Notes: a model not told the origin generated them from the sequence alone. Shown: positions 1 to 9,899, counted from the first letter of the stretch. The stretch: 43,802 nt of DNA from Salisapilia sapeloensis CBS 127946 (GCA_023334545.1 JAADVB010000162.1:1-43802); one strand, 5' to 3'. Translations and numbers: made by a program.

Positions 1-2
1 CG

Positions 3-353
3 GAAGAATCGGGTGTTTGGTCAGGCAAGGAATCATGCTCTGGTGAAATCTATGAGTTTGGCGCGGATCAAGTAAGTCCTTCAACTGAAGGTTCGCTGAG
101 CGCCTTTGCACAGTTCACATCGTCTAGCGCAGTTGCTAAAGTTGTTGAGTCAGAAAGGAAACCGTCGGATGAGAAATCTTTTGTGCGAGGCAGTACGAAG
201 GATAGAGAGGAATTGGACACGATGGTTGAAAAAGTGTGGAGGAATAGTGTTTCTGAACTTGACTTAAGAGACCAAGAGCGTGATCGGCAGCTAGCATGGC
301 TGAAGATGACTGAGCTGAGACTGCAGCAAGATAGCGAAACCACTGTGGGATGA
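3..353 (+). CDS. 3' end of a gene truncated by the window edge (hypothetical protein)
   Basis: Not in the ORF track. The frame starting at nt 3 is open for 116 codons (EESGVWSGKESCSGEIYEFGADQVSPSTEG...RDQERDRQLAWLKMTELRLQQDSETTVG) and ends at TGA 351-353, followed by AT-rich spacer. The track's minus-strand ORF 68..343 is its antisense shadow. Confidence 0.6.
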   Translation, partial: EESGVWSGKESCSGEIYEFGADQVSPSTEGSLSAFAQFTSSSAVAKVVESERKPSDEKSFVRGSTKDREELDTMVEKVWRNSVSELDLRDQERDRQLAWLKMTELRLQQDSETTVG

Positions 354-1743
354 GGCGTAGAGGAGGAATGTGCGGCTATTAGCGTTCACGTTAGGGATAG
401 ATAATGATGTTACTAAATAGACCGTGGTTTAATTGAAAAGAAGAGGACAAATAGGGAGTTTCAGAATTTATAATTTCCTGGAGAAGTTTAGTCGGTAGAT
501 GACAGTATCGATTGCAAGGGTCTTTGGTTCTGGGGTTCCTTTATATGTTACTCAGAATTCACACCTATCGGTTGTACTGATCAATTGCCCCTATCAAGCA
601 TCATACTAGCATTCCTGTTCAGATTAGAGCCAAGCAAGTACAGTAAGTTCTTGTGAGGGACGGTAGCTGGGGACTCCCATGCTTACTTACCGAGTAGATA
701 CTAGACAATGACAGCGAAATCGATTCTGTGCATATAATTTTACCAGATAGTGAGCTCATTTTATATGCCCGCATTGTCTCCTCGTGCTATTTTAATCGTC
801 CATACATGTGCATTGCTTAAAATCGAGGCACTGATGTGTCTCTAGGCTTCGTGACGATGTATTATGCCAGTAAAATCGCATGGCAAAGTCCAGCTTTCCA
901 TATACTGCACTACTGTGTGTTTGAAGTGTCTGTCAACCTGCGCGACCTTTCAAAAAGCTTACCTCCTAAAATCAATTTATTTCTTAATTTTAGTGTATCA
1001 ACTTTGACAAGTAAATAAAAAATTACTTTGGATAGCAAATCACTCGAAAGACGCAGCTTCAGAAGCGCATTGCTTGGAGTGATTCTTGCCAAAAGATGGC
1101 TCGAGAAAAACAGCAAAAGAATCGAATATCTGAAACCCCATATTATCCGTCGTCAAGTCAAGTAGAGATTTGCTTATATCACAGGACAGAAGCAGTAGTC
1201 GATATGTGAAACTCATTCTGCTTTATATTAAATTCTGTAGACCGTTGATACTGTCATTGCGCTCTATTTTGAAGCCCTATAAAGTCGTGTATAAGTCTTG
1301 CAATCTGTACCTTTGATTTCGCCATGAAGCTATTTCCGCCCCTTTGTTGAGTCGAGGGCCTTATACTAGGTAGTGCGTTTTCAACATCAGTACAATAAAA
1401 GATGATGCAGGTCGAGTTGTAGCGGTAGCACCAGGTTGCTGCAATCAGATTGCAGCATTTACATGTAGACAACCACGATAGATAGTTAATTCAAATGCAG
1501 GTGTATGAATAGTCACGATAGCATTGTACCACGTATATTCTCATCAAAGTAGATTTGATTTTAATATTTTTAGTTTGGAAACGGTCTATTACATAGCTAC
1601 CTTACCTAGGTGTCTAGATCTAGTGAATGTTAATAGCTGGTTTGATCGTAAATCATACAGTATTCGGCTTGGACTTGATTGTTTTGCTATACCCGCGTAC
1701 GATACAGTATTAAACCCGTATACTTTGTACAGAGGTAATCTTA

Positions 1744-1758
1744 CCATTTTCTATTTGC
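1744..1758 (+). promoter_or_regulatory. Imperfect oomycete INR+FPR core promoter
   Basis: CCATTTTCTATTTGC ends ~35 nt upstream of the protease ATG at 1793. The INR-to-FPR spacer is one base shorter than the TCAYTYB-NNN-WTTY consensus. Confidence 0.35.
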
Positions 1759-1792
1759 ACAAATCCACAGCGAACTTACAGAAGCTGAAAGG

Positions 1793-2869
1793 ATGCAATC
1801 ACTTCCAGCTCGATCGATAGCTATCTTGGTGGTGCTGCTTATAGTAATTTCTACAACTAAAACGACTATTGCAAGCTCTCACGGGAACGATAGTCACCCT
1901 ACAAGATATGACTTTCAGCGCGAATTTAACGAAGCTACCAATGCTACATCTATGAGCATGAACCTTAGTGAAGAGAACCGAGTGTACCATGGCTTGAGAG
2001 TAACGGATATAAATCGTGTTCCATTTATTGTCTCGCTTCAAATTATGTTGGGAAGAAATGAGAGGCATACATGGGAATGGAAACTGTGTGGCGCTGAATT
2101 GGTTGCACCAAAATATCTCATGACTGCAGCACACTGCATGTTTGATGAAGATAAAACGAATAATGTCTATCGGCGTGTCAACTTTGTACTCGCGCGTGTT
2201 CATTCCTTGAAACGCGGTCAACCAAGGTCATCAGGTCAAGTCATTCAAGTTGCCAAAATGTACATCCCACGCAAGTATAATCCTAAAAAAAGGCAAGTGT
2301 TGGATGTAGCAGTACTTGAACTCAGTGAAAACGTGAGCGAGGAGCATCGCCATTTTGCTACTTTAGCTCATCCGGATGAAGATACAGACGACATGACCGG
2401 TGAGATAGCACAGGTTTATGGATGGGGAATGACGTCTGAAGCTCAAAAAATATCGTCCAATTTGTTGACAGGAACTGTTACAATTATGAGCCATGAAGAT
2501 TGTAAATTGAAGAGGAAGGATCCTACGAGGAGTGAAGCAATGGAAAGTGGTGCGCAATTCTGGCTATCAAGGCGCCATATGTGCTACAGCGGCACGTACG
2601 AGAAAAGTTGTAAAGGAGATTCAGGCGGCCCTGTCATCTTTAAAAACAAAGTCGTTGGAATAATCAGTAGAGGAAGCTATCTCTGTAATCCGATTACAAT
2701 TGATACGGCTGTACGCGTGACTTCGGTTTGGGACTTTGTCAACAAGTACGCTCGTTTGGGTCTTGAAAGAGACATGGACAACAATCGATGGAATGAAAAT
2801 GATGAGACTGCACCGAATAGTGTAGGCGATGCATACATGAAAGAATTACATGTATATGGGCGATCGTAA
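1793..2869 (+). CDS. Secreted trypsin/chymotrypsin-family (S1) serine protease, catalytic triad intact
   Basis: Hydrophobic signal (IAILVVLLIVIST), putative activation site EENR|VYHG, CG..LVAP.YLMTAAHC (His), VLDVAVLEL (Asp), SCKGDSGGP (Ser). Intronless, 358 aa. Confidence 0.92.
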   Translation: MQSLPARSIAILVVLLIVISTTKTTIASSHGNDSHPTRYDFQREFNEATNATSMSMNLSEENRVYHGLRVTDINRVPFIVSLQIMLGRNERHTWEWKLCGAELVAPKYLMTAAHCMFDEDKTNNVYRRVNFVLARVHSLKRGQPRSSGQVIQVAKMYIPRKYNPKKRQVLDVAVLELSENVSEEHRHFATLAHPDEDTDDMTGEIAQVYGWGMTSEAQKISSNLLTGTVTIMSHEDCKLKRKDPTRSEAMESGAQFWLSRRHMCYSGTYEKSCKGDSGGPVIFKNKVVGIISRGSYLCNPITIDTAVRVTSVWDFVNKYARLGLERDMDNNRWNENDETAPNSVGDAYMKELHVYGRS

Positions 2870-3916
2870 ATGAAAGTGAAATCACGCCGGTTTAATCCTT
2901 TCAAGCTGTGTATGATATTTGACTTCCATTTGCTTAGTTCGCTTCAGTTGCAGTAATCTTTTGCTCCTACTTTTTAAAAATCAATATAATTCATTCTTAA
3001 AGAAGTAAGCTTTGTTCGATTTGATGCTAGTTGTATCTTTGCTTACGATCCCAGGAATTGGCGAGTACGAGCTAATCAGCACCACATACAATGAGTCGGT
3101 GAGGTAAAAGTGATTTGGCTACTTTCCCTGGGAGATAGTAAAAAAGCACAGGGGTTGAGTAATTATAAGATGATAGCTCTAGAAGAGGGTACCGTATACG
3201 ACTCCCACAGTCGATGATTCGAAGCTGGTGTTTTAAAGTCACATGGTATCCCATTTGCTGAAGCTATTTCGATTAGGATCGCAATTTCTCGTACTCGAAT
3301 TTGTAGAGTGGCATAATGCGCAAAGTCAAGCGCGCATGCCATAGCCACCAGCTTGTCTATTTAGGATTTGAGCACAGCATTTGCATTTATAGTTATAAGA
3401 TGACATCAATAAGGATGCGAAGAGTCGTCTCCACGCCTCAATTTAGACAAGCTGCTGACTCACTCTTCGACGATTCGACCGCGCCTACATATAGAGTAGA
3501 GATAAAATCGGTGTTTTAATAAACTATTTCAAAGCCTCTTTGCAATGAATCGGATCCATGTGAGTGCTTCAGAAGGCACGCTTGTACGTAGGTTTTTGGC
3601 GGTGGAATATTCTCGGATCAGTGCTTCCGGAATCGGTTAACAGAATCCGTGGAAAAAGGAACATAAAGCCTGCGTTTACCTCTCAAGTAGTGCACAGTAA
3701 ACGCCATCATGATGGTATAGTTTGCCTATGAACACTACGTAGAAGGGTAAAGAAATGTCCCAGTGGACATTCGGTACTATTTTCACAAGTCATTAAACTG
3801 CTTCTAGTATGAAGCATTGTCAAAATACAACTTTCATGAAAGAATGATCTTTTCAACGGCAAGGACACTTTTCATTTTACGCTACTTTACCATGTTCTGG
3901 TTCTTCACATTTGGTC

Positions 3917-5533
3917 TCAATACGTAGTCCGTTGGAGATCGCTTTGGCTTAAGACCTTGACAGTGCCATTCAGTGGTCCCTTTACGGGTGATGCGATGCT
4001 GATCTCGTACGTTTCTTCCCATGGCTTCTCTACAGTAATATCAAACTGACCCATGATCGTCGCAAGTGCCATCTTCATCTCCATCATGGCAAACTTCTTT
4101 CCGAGGCACTCTCTTGGACCGCAAAGGAAGACTGGGAATTGATACGACGAAACATTTTTAATCCTTCCTGTCTTCTCGTCGATCCAACGTTCCGGCCGGA
4201 ACTCTCGTGCGTCTTCCCCCCACACAGCCTCTGTGCGACCGCTAGAATACATATTGATCAGCAAGACCCCTCCTTTCGGGACGAAAGTGCCATCAACAAG
4301 CGTTGTATCTTGGTTTGCCTCTCGAGCCGTCAACGCTACAGATGGCGTCAGTCGAAGACTTTCACGCAAAGTGGCTTCGAGATATGTCAAATTCGACACT
4401 TCGTCCATCGTCGGAACGTACGGATCGGAGACGGACGCTTCCATCACTTTAGGCACTTTTTCCTTAATCTCCTCGCGGACTTTGCGGGCGATCTCAGGAT
4501 ATCGATTCATGTTAATTGTATACCAGCTGATGGCCACACTCGACGTGTCCTTGCCAGCCAATACGAAATTGACCACCATATCACGAACAGCCGCCATGTC
4601 TTGCTGGAACTCATCGCCACCGGGAATGCCACTAAGCTTATTGTCCATAACAGCCGATAGCAGGTCCGTAGAGTCCTCAGCCGAAGTCAGCCGCTGCTGC
4701 TGTTGCTCTGCATTTTTTTGCATGATGGTGTATACAACTTGGTTGACGACTTGGACGCTGTCATGTAGCTCCTTTTCGGAGCCAATGTTCAATAGCCGTT
4801 TCACCTTCCACAACGTGTGCGACTGAAGAATTCGAGCACTTGACACTCCGAGGCATGTGTCAATGGCTGCGGTTACGGGACTGACCTTGTTCTCGTAGCT
4901 GTACTTCATAGCTCCAAGGTCGACGCCGAGTCCAAGTTTGACAAATACGTCCGTCGTATACTCTCCGAACAACTCCTTTAAACTTAGCTCTTCTCCAGAC
5001 TTGGCGAAATGGGAGAGCACGTCCACCATCTCCTTCGTCTTGTCCCGGACCGTCGTCGCTATCACCGTCTTCATCATTTGCATGGAAAATAAGTGGCTTG
5101 TAGCTTTTCGCTGGAAGTACCACTGATCACCATCAACACCAAGAATGCCTTTGCCGAAGATGTCGTTGATAACTTCCCCGGTGGACCCACCACGGCCAAA
5201 GTTTTCGAATTGCGTCTTCAAAATGTCCTGAAACAAATCAGGCGTCGAAATGTTGATCATTACGGGCCGACCCATCACATAGAATGCCCACGGACGGCCT
5301 TCGTTCCTGTCAGTCTCATCTGCTAACCAGTCCCAGTACCGGTGCACATTGTCCAACACATCGAAAGAGCTGCCTATGACAGGCTTGGAGTCCTTGTGAG
5401 TGGGGGCGTTTGTCTTTCGACTCTCTAGTTTGACTTTGAGTAGCCACAGCATCAGTGTCGTTGCCCCAACGGCAGTGGCAATCTGAGTGTCCGACAAACT
5501 GACTTTGTTGTCCATGAATGCAAACTGAAGCAT
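3917..5533 (-). CDS. Cytochrome P450, CYP86/94/704-like clan (fatty-acid hydroxylase-like)
   Basis: I-helix AGKDTS, K-helix ESLR, PERW, heme motif FLCGPRECLG, N-terminal hydrophobic anchor (IATAVGATTLMLWLL). The likely start is ATG 5533 or 5515 rather than the track's GTG 5707. Confidence 0.93.
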   Translation of the reverse strand: MLQFAFMDNKVSLSDTQIATAVGATTLMLWLLKVKLESRKTNAPTHKDSKPVIGSSFDVLDNVHRYWDWLADETDRNEGRPWAFYVMGRPVMINISTPDLFQDILKTQFENFGRGGSTGEVINDIFGKGILGVDGDQWYFQRKATSHLFSMQMMKTVIATTVRDKTKEMVDVLSHFAKSGEELSLKELFGEYTTDVFVKLGLGVDLGAMKYSYENKVSPVTAAIDTCLGVSSARILQSHTLWKVKRLLNIGSEKELHDSVQVVNQVVYTIMQKNAEQQQQRLTSAEDSTDLLSAVMDNKLSGIPGGDEFQQDMAAVRDMVVNFVLAGKDTSSVAISWYTINMNRYPEIARKVREEIKEKVPKVMEASVSDPYVPTMDEVSNLTYLEATLRESLRLTPSVALTAREANQDTTLVDGTFVPKGGVLLINMYSSGRTEAVWGEDAREFRPERWIDEKTGRIKNVSSYQFPVFLCGPRECLGKKFAMMEMKMALATIMGQFDITVEKPWEETYEISIASPVKGPLNGTVKVLSQSDLQRTTY

Positions 5534-6671
5534 ACTTTCTATTTTCTGGTGGTGTCGGTGTGACTTTTGAATGCGGTAGTCTAGTGGAATCAGAGGCTTT
5601 TTAAATGTTAAAAAATAGAAAAGCTGTGACGATGCACAAAGTAGCTCTGCTTGATGTGCCTGGTCTTGAGCAAAAGGGAGAGTGTGCGATTGACGGTCGC
5701 CGATCACCGCATTGTGTTGTCGTTTGATAGGATTTGAAGTGCTTGAACGCTAAGTTACGATGCTACATTACTTGTATGGTTATCAGTGAAACCTGTTAAA
5801 CTTCATATAGTTGGTCGATTACAATTTGATCGCGTATATCAGACCAATCAAACGTAAAAGGTTCTGGATGAAGTTGGAGTCAAAGATGAGAATAAATCAA
5901 CACATCATTCAATAAGACATTAGCCCGTGATCGTTGAGCATATAATCAGGGATTATGCGGGGAATAATAGGCACTAATTAAACAAACACAAGAAAACCTA
6001 GATCGGTGTTATGCCTCGATAATCGCCCTTAGTCGACCAAAAAGGAAGATTATGTTGAAGGGTATATCGATTTAAGCATAATTTGTCCCGAAAAGACTCG
6101 CGTACTTGTTGCAAATTTCCCATGGATCACGCTACAGCGAGCATGACAACGGGAATCTCAATTTTAAGGTAGGATAGAGTACGAGAGGCGAGATGTGTTA
6201 AAAGCACAAAGCGGCATCTCTATTGTGGGTACCAAACACTTCTTTTTGCGCTCCTAATTTGGTGGGAAAGAAATGTTGAAGTGCTACGCTAGGTTTCCAA
6301 TGACAAGCGGCAAAGCAAAATCGGTGATTCTCAACGAACGCGGAATTGCCCGATTCGATTCCTCATGAATAGAGATACAAAATCTGAACCCCACATTTTG
6401 CTGACTCGGTATTATGCGCGAACACGGCCTCGATTTAAACACCTTTCGATGCGCCAGTTAAATTGCTCGAGACAAACAGAATGTCGTATCTTCGATAGTG
6501 GTAACAATACAAAGTGCATTCTACATAATGTACTGCTGTGTAGGTTGATAGAATACATCAAACATTAATTATTCAGCTTCGCAATCCAGGGGATGAACGA
6601 CATATGCAGTCGAAATCAACTCTGCTTTCAGATTTACTTGATTTAAACTTTATTGAGCGCTTTCACTGACT

Positions 6672-6685
6672 TCATTCGTAAATTT
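6672..6685 (+). promoter_or_regulatory. Oomycete INR+FPR core promoter
   Basis: TCATTCG-TAA-ATTT matches TCAYTYB-NNN-WTTY exactly and ends 54 nt upstream of ATG 6739. Confidence 0.65.
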
Positions 6686-6738
6686 ATCTCGTGCTGCGAA
6701 TACAAAGTCATCTATATACATCTCTAGCGGCAATTGTC

Positions 6739-7860
6739 ATGCCATCCAGCAGAAATATATGCATCGCGCTTTGCGCGCTTACTATTCTCACCAAAAGTTA
6801 CGCCGAGAAAATCAATTTCAACGCAGACTTGCATGCTACAGTCGGTAGTGCGCAGCCATCGAGCATGGGCGAAGATGCAGTTTCATTAAGAAAGAGTGAA
6901 AACCGCGTTGGTCCGAATAGCTTGGCAGGCGAAATAAACCAAGATGTCGAGATAGACAAAGCTGAATTCGTCGTTAGTCTACGCAGTCCGGACAACAAGA
7001 CCTATCACGGATGCATAGGAACAGTGATCGCTCCCCGATTCGTGGTGACCGCCGCGCACTGTGTTAACGACACTAAAATCGCGACGGACGAATTGCCGCT
7101 GTATGTTTCGCACAAATCGCGTTATGCTGACGGAGAGCCTGACGGAGACATCATCGAGGTTGATAATAAGAAGCTAATACCGTTGTATGAAGAGAACTCG
7201 AAAGATAGCGAGTTCGACATTGCTATATTAGAACTAAAAACTGCCATCAGTAGAGGGTTCATCGGTCTTCCGGATTCGACAAATATGACTTTCGATTCGC
7301 CGGGGAAACTTGCAACTGCTTACGGATGGGGAAACGGAGACAAGATCACAAAAGAGTCAAAGCTGCAGAGCATTCACTACCCTGTGGTCAATAAAGAGAA
7401 TTGTAAAACGGACTCGCGCGTCGTTACAGACCACATGATCTGCGCCCACGATGGTAACCATGCCACTTGCAGCGGGGATGAAGGTGCACCACTCATCTCG
7501 AGCGGAGTACTCATTGGTGTCGTGAGCTTAACAGGCAACTGTGAGTCGTCGACGGATGTGTTTACACGTGTTTCAGGGGTAGTGAACGAGTTCCTGAGGA
7601 AGTATGCTATCGACAAGACCAGTCGGTTGCAGGATGAGCCGACAGAAGTTCTGCCGCCTCATCTGATGATGTCCGCTAGTGGAGCGGAGGCAATAGCAGT
7701 TATGCTTGGAAGCTCGAGCTCATCGAAAGCCACCGATTCGAAGAATGGCGCTGGAAACGAGGAAGAAGATGAGAAAGAAGATAAGGAAGACGACAAAGGA
7801 GACGACAAGAAAGAAGGTGAAAAGGAGGATGGCAAAGATGATGACAAAGATGAGAAATAG
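6739..7860 (+). CDS. Secreted S1 serine-protease homologue lacking the catalytic Ser (glucanase-inhibitor-protein-like), with acidic tail
   Basis: Signal peptide from ATG 6739 (MPSSRNICIALCALTILTKSYA). TAAHC and FDIAILEL are present, but GDSGGP reads GDEGAP (GAA at 7480-7482). D/E/K-rich C-terminus. Confidence 0.88.
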   Translation: MPSSRNICIALCALTILTKSYAEKINFNADLHATVGSAQPSSMGEDAVSLRKSENRVGPNSLAGEINQDVEIDKAEFVVSLRSPDNKTYHGCIGTVIAPRFVVTAAHCVNDTKIATDELPLYVSHKSRYADGEPDGDIIEVDNKKLIPLYEENSKDSEFDIAILELKTAISRGFIGLPDSTNMTFDSPGKLATAYGWGNGDKITKESKLQSIHYPVVNKENCKTDSRVVTDHMICAHDGNHATCSGDEGAPLISSGVLIGVVSLTGNCESSTDVFTRVSGVVNEFLRKYAIDKTSRLQDEPTEVLPPHLMMSASGAEAIAVMLGSSSSSKATDSKNGAGNEEEDEKEDKEDDKGDDKKEGEKEDGKDDDKDEK

Positions 7861-7878
7861 GATGACAAGAAAGATAAA
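7759..7878 (+). repeat. Low-complexity D/E/K-coding purine repeat
   Basis: GAT/GAC/AAG/GAA units encode EEEDEKEDKEDDKGDDKKEGEKEDGKDDDKDEK. The pattern continues in frame past the TAG. Confidence 0.8.
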
Positions 7879-8042
7879 TAAGGTGATCAGACCTTGAATA
7901 CAGAAGTTCAAGCGAGTGCTTAACGCTTTTCTTTGCAATTTGGCTGGATCCAGTTGTTGTGCATTTTCATATCGAAATAGCATGTCACTACTTCGTCGGT
8001 CCATTGCATCACCGGTATGTATCGCCATTTGGCCGCATGCAC

Positions 8043-8766
8043 TTAGCCAACCATGGTACGCTTCCGACCTCTCAGTCTGACTTGTGCCAGCTTTTGGAAG
8101 ATCGAGTCTGCTTTCCTTGACTTGGCCTTGTAGGCTCGAAGCACTTCTTCCACCTAGTAGTGCATACAAGCGTCAGTTCTATAGACCACTGAAGAAATAA
8201 TCTTATCTTACGAGCAACTCGGAGTTAACATGGGTGCTGCTGAATGCTCGCTCCATCACATACAGATCGACGGCCTTGTCTTCAGGCAGAGGCTGCGAAT
8301 TGGCCAGACCAAAGTCAATCATGACCACATCTGTCGGAGCACTCGAGCGCAGCATCATGTTGGACGTCGTCAAATCGCCATGCACAATATCTGCGTCGTG
8401 CATCCTAGCGATAGCTACGCCCACCTGGTACGCCAGCTGAAGCGCTTCGTCTCCATACGCTGGGTTCTCCTTGTACTTTTGCCGAAGATAATCTTTCACA
8501 CTCCCACCTTGCACCTTTTCACTGTAGATCCGACCACGGTTCTCATCCAGCAGATAGATGCATGGTGTGAGCACGCCTGCGCGACGACATTTGAGGATGC
8601 ATCGAGCTTCCTGAACCAAACGACGGTGAGAAAGCTTTTTATCGAGCACAGGCAGTCTGTAGCTCTTCTTCACGCGCTCTTTGACAATGCAAGGCTGGTC
8701 GCAAAACGTTGTCTCATACACCTTCGCCTCGGCGCCTTGGCTAATGAGCTTCCACTCCATTTCCAT
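8043..8766 (-). CDS. BUD32: KEOPS complex kinase Bud32/TP53RK (2 exons: 8766-8212, 8153-8043)
   Basis: QGAEAKVY, IVHGDLTTSNMM, IDFGL, KAVDLYVMERAF. A 58-nt GTAAGA..CTAG intron (8211-8154) joins to VEEVLRAYKAKSRKADSIFQKLAQVRLRGRKRTMVG*, the canonical Bud32 C-terminus. Confidence 0.96.
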
Positions 8767-9412
8767 CGTCTGTCTTGTCTTTTTACTAATAAAGTAGTCT
8801 TCCAGGACTTCTAGAGCATCATATGAAGCAATTAGAGATGAAAGTCAAGGGCAATGTTGATCGAGAATACCTAGCAGTACCGTCGAAAGCAGTTCGAAGT
8901 GCCTGATTTGCGCCTTTGATAATTGGTGTCGTACTAGGCTGCCCACCTGTTCCTAACAAGATGAAATTTGCTGAATATACACATAAGTTACAAACATTTA
9001 CGGATCCAGACACATCTGGTAACCTAGAGTTGGCGAGCATCATACATGTTTCGCTCTTCGTACGAATTTGATCGTCGCTGTAAGCTAGGAAATCTACAAG
9101 TTGGCTTCTTGCTGAACGTGCTATTATACGGATTTCAATTCGCGCGTCATATTCTTTTCATTTACTCAGTGTATCATTCATCTACTGAGCATACTAATCG
9201 CTCTTCGTCAAGAAGAATCAATCCATATATCTTCTCACTAGTCGACAATCCTGCATTACGAACGACATAAGCACTATTTATAGAGTTGGTTTGCATACTA
9301 AGATCCTGGTTACTCCAGACAAGAAGACCTCAAAATACTACGGAGCTCATCCTCACGTTCGGGGCATTTATCTTGGGAGGAAGCTGGGTAATGCCTACAC
9401 GATGTTCTCATA

Positions 9413-9429
9413 GCTCACTTCCCCATTTG
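9413..9429 (+). promoter_or_regulatory. Oomycete INR+FPR core promoter
   Basis: GCTCACTTCCCCATTTG is a close match to the oomycete GCTCAYTYBNNNWTTY element and ends ~20 nt upstream of ATG 9450. Confidence 0.75.
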
Positions 9430-9449
9430 ACTTCACGCACCAAAGCAAC

Positions 9450-9788
9450 ATGAACAAGCTAGCCTGCATAGTTCTGCTCCTTGTGTGCTTCATCAGCCAC
9501 TTTGCCGTAAACGTGGATGCAAAACTTCGATCCACTACCCCAAATGTCAAGTGTCCAGCACCGCCACCAGTACACCAAGGCTCCGTCAAGTTCAAGTCGA
9601 CCACTGCAGGGTCTACAGCCACTTATAAATGCATGAAGGGAACCAAGATGATGGGTTCGGCTACCCTCTCTTGTACCAAGTTCGGTCAATGGAACCATGC
9701 AGCGCCATCTTGCAGAATTGAGTACCTTCGCAAGAACGACAACAAGTACAAGAGCGGTGACAAAGGCTACAAACTCTATTCCGGCTAG
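9450..9788 (+). CDS. Small secreted single Sushi/CCP-domain protein
   Basis: Signal peptide (MNKLACIVLLLVCFISHFAVNVDA), then C-P-x-P...TATYKC..G..MMGSATLSC...GQW...APSC with four Cys in CCP spacing, and a basic tail. Confidence 0.85.
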   Translation: MNKLACIVLLLVCFISHFAVNVDAKLRSTTPNVKCPAPPPVHQGSVKFKSTTAGSTATYKCMKGTKMMGSATLSCTKFGQWNHAAPSCRIEYLRKNDNKYKSGDKGYKLYSG

Positions 9789-9899
9789 TCTGCCCCAAAT
9801 TTTCATCAACTATTACTTGGATAGCAAAACCACAAAACATGTAGATACGATTTTCACTTGTCCCATTCGAGGTTCTTGCTTATATCAACATGTAAATTG

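Noticed and set aside
1254-1472. Possible Tc1/mariner relic (TQQRGGNSFM resembling RQQGGGSVM)
   Set aside because: The following Trp and the downstream QDNA motif are absent in the frames I read, and I saw no terminal inverted repeats.
5534-5707. N-terminal extension of the P450 ORF from GTG 5707
   Set aside because: Non-ATG start and AT-rich, UTR-like sequence. The membrane anchor follows ATG 5533/5515.
5783-6669. CAGTGAAACCTG pogo-like TIR start paired with TTTCACTGA at 6661
   Set aside because: Only 9 bp are inverted, with no TA target-site pair and no transposase remnant; compatible with chance.
6880-6910. SLRK...SENR as an RxLR-dEER translocation motif (also AKLR in the Sushi protein)
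   Set aside because: The first Arg is missing, and ENR|V is better explained as an S1 zymogen-type processing site.
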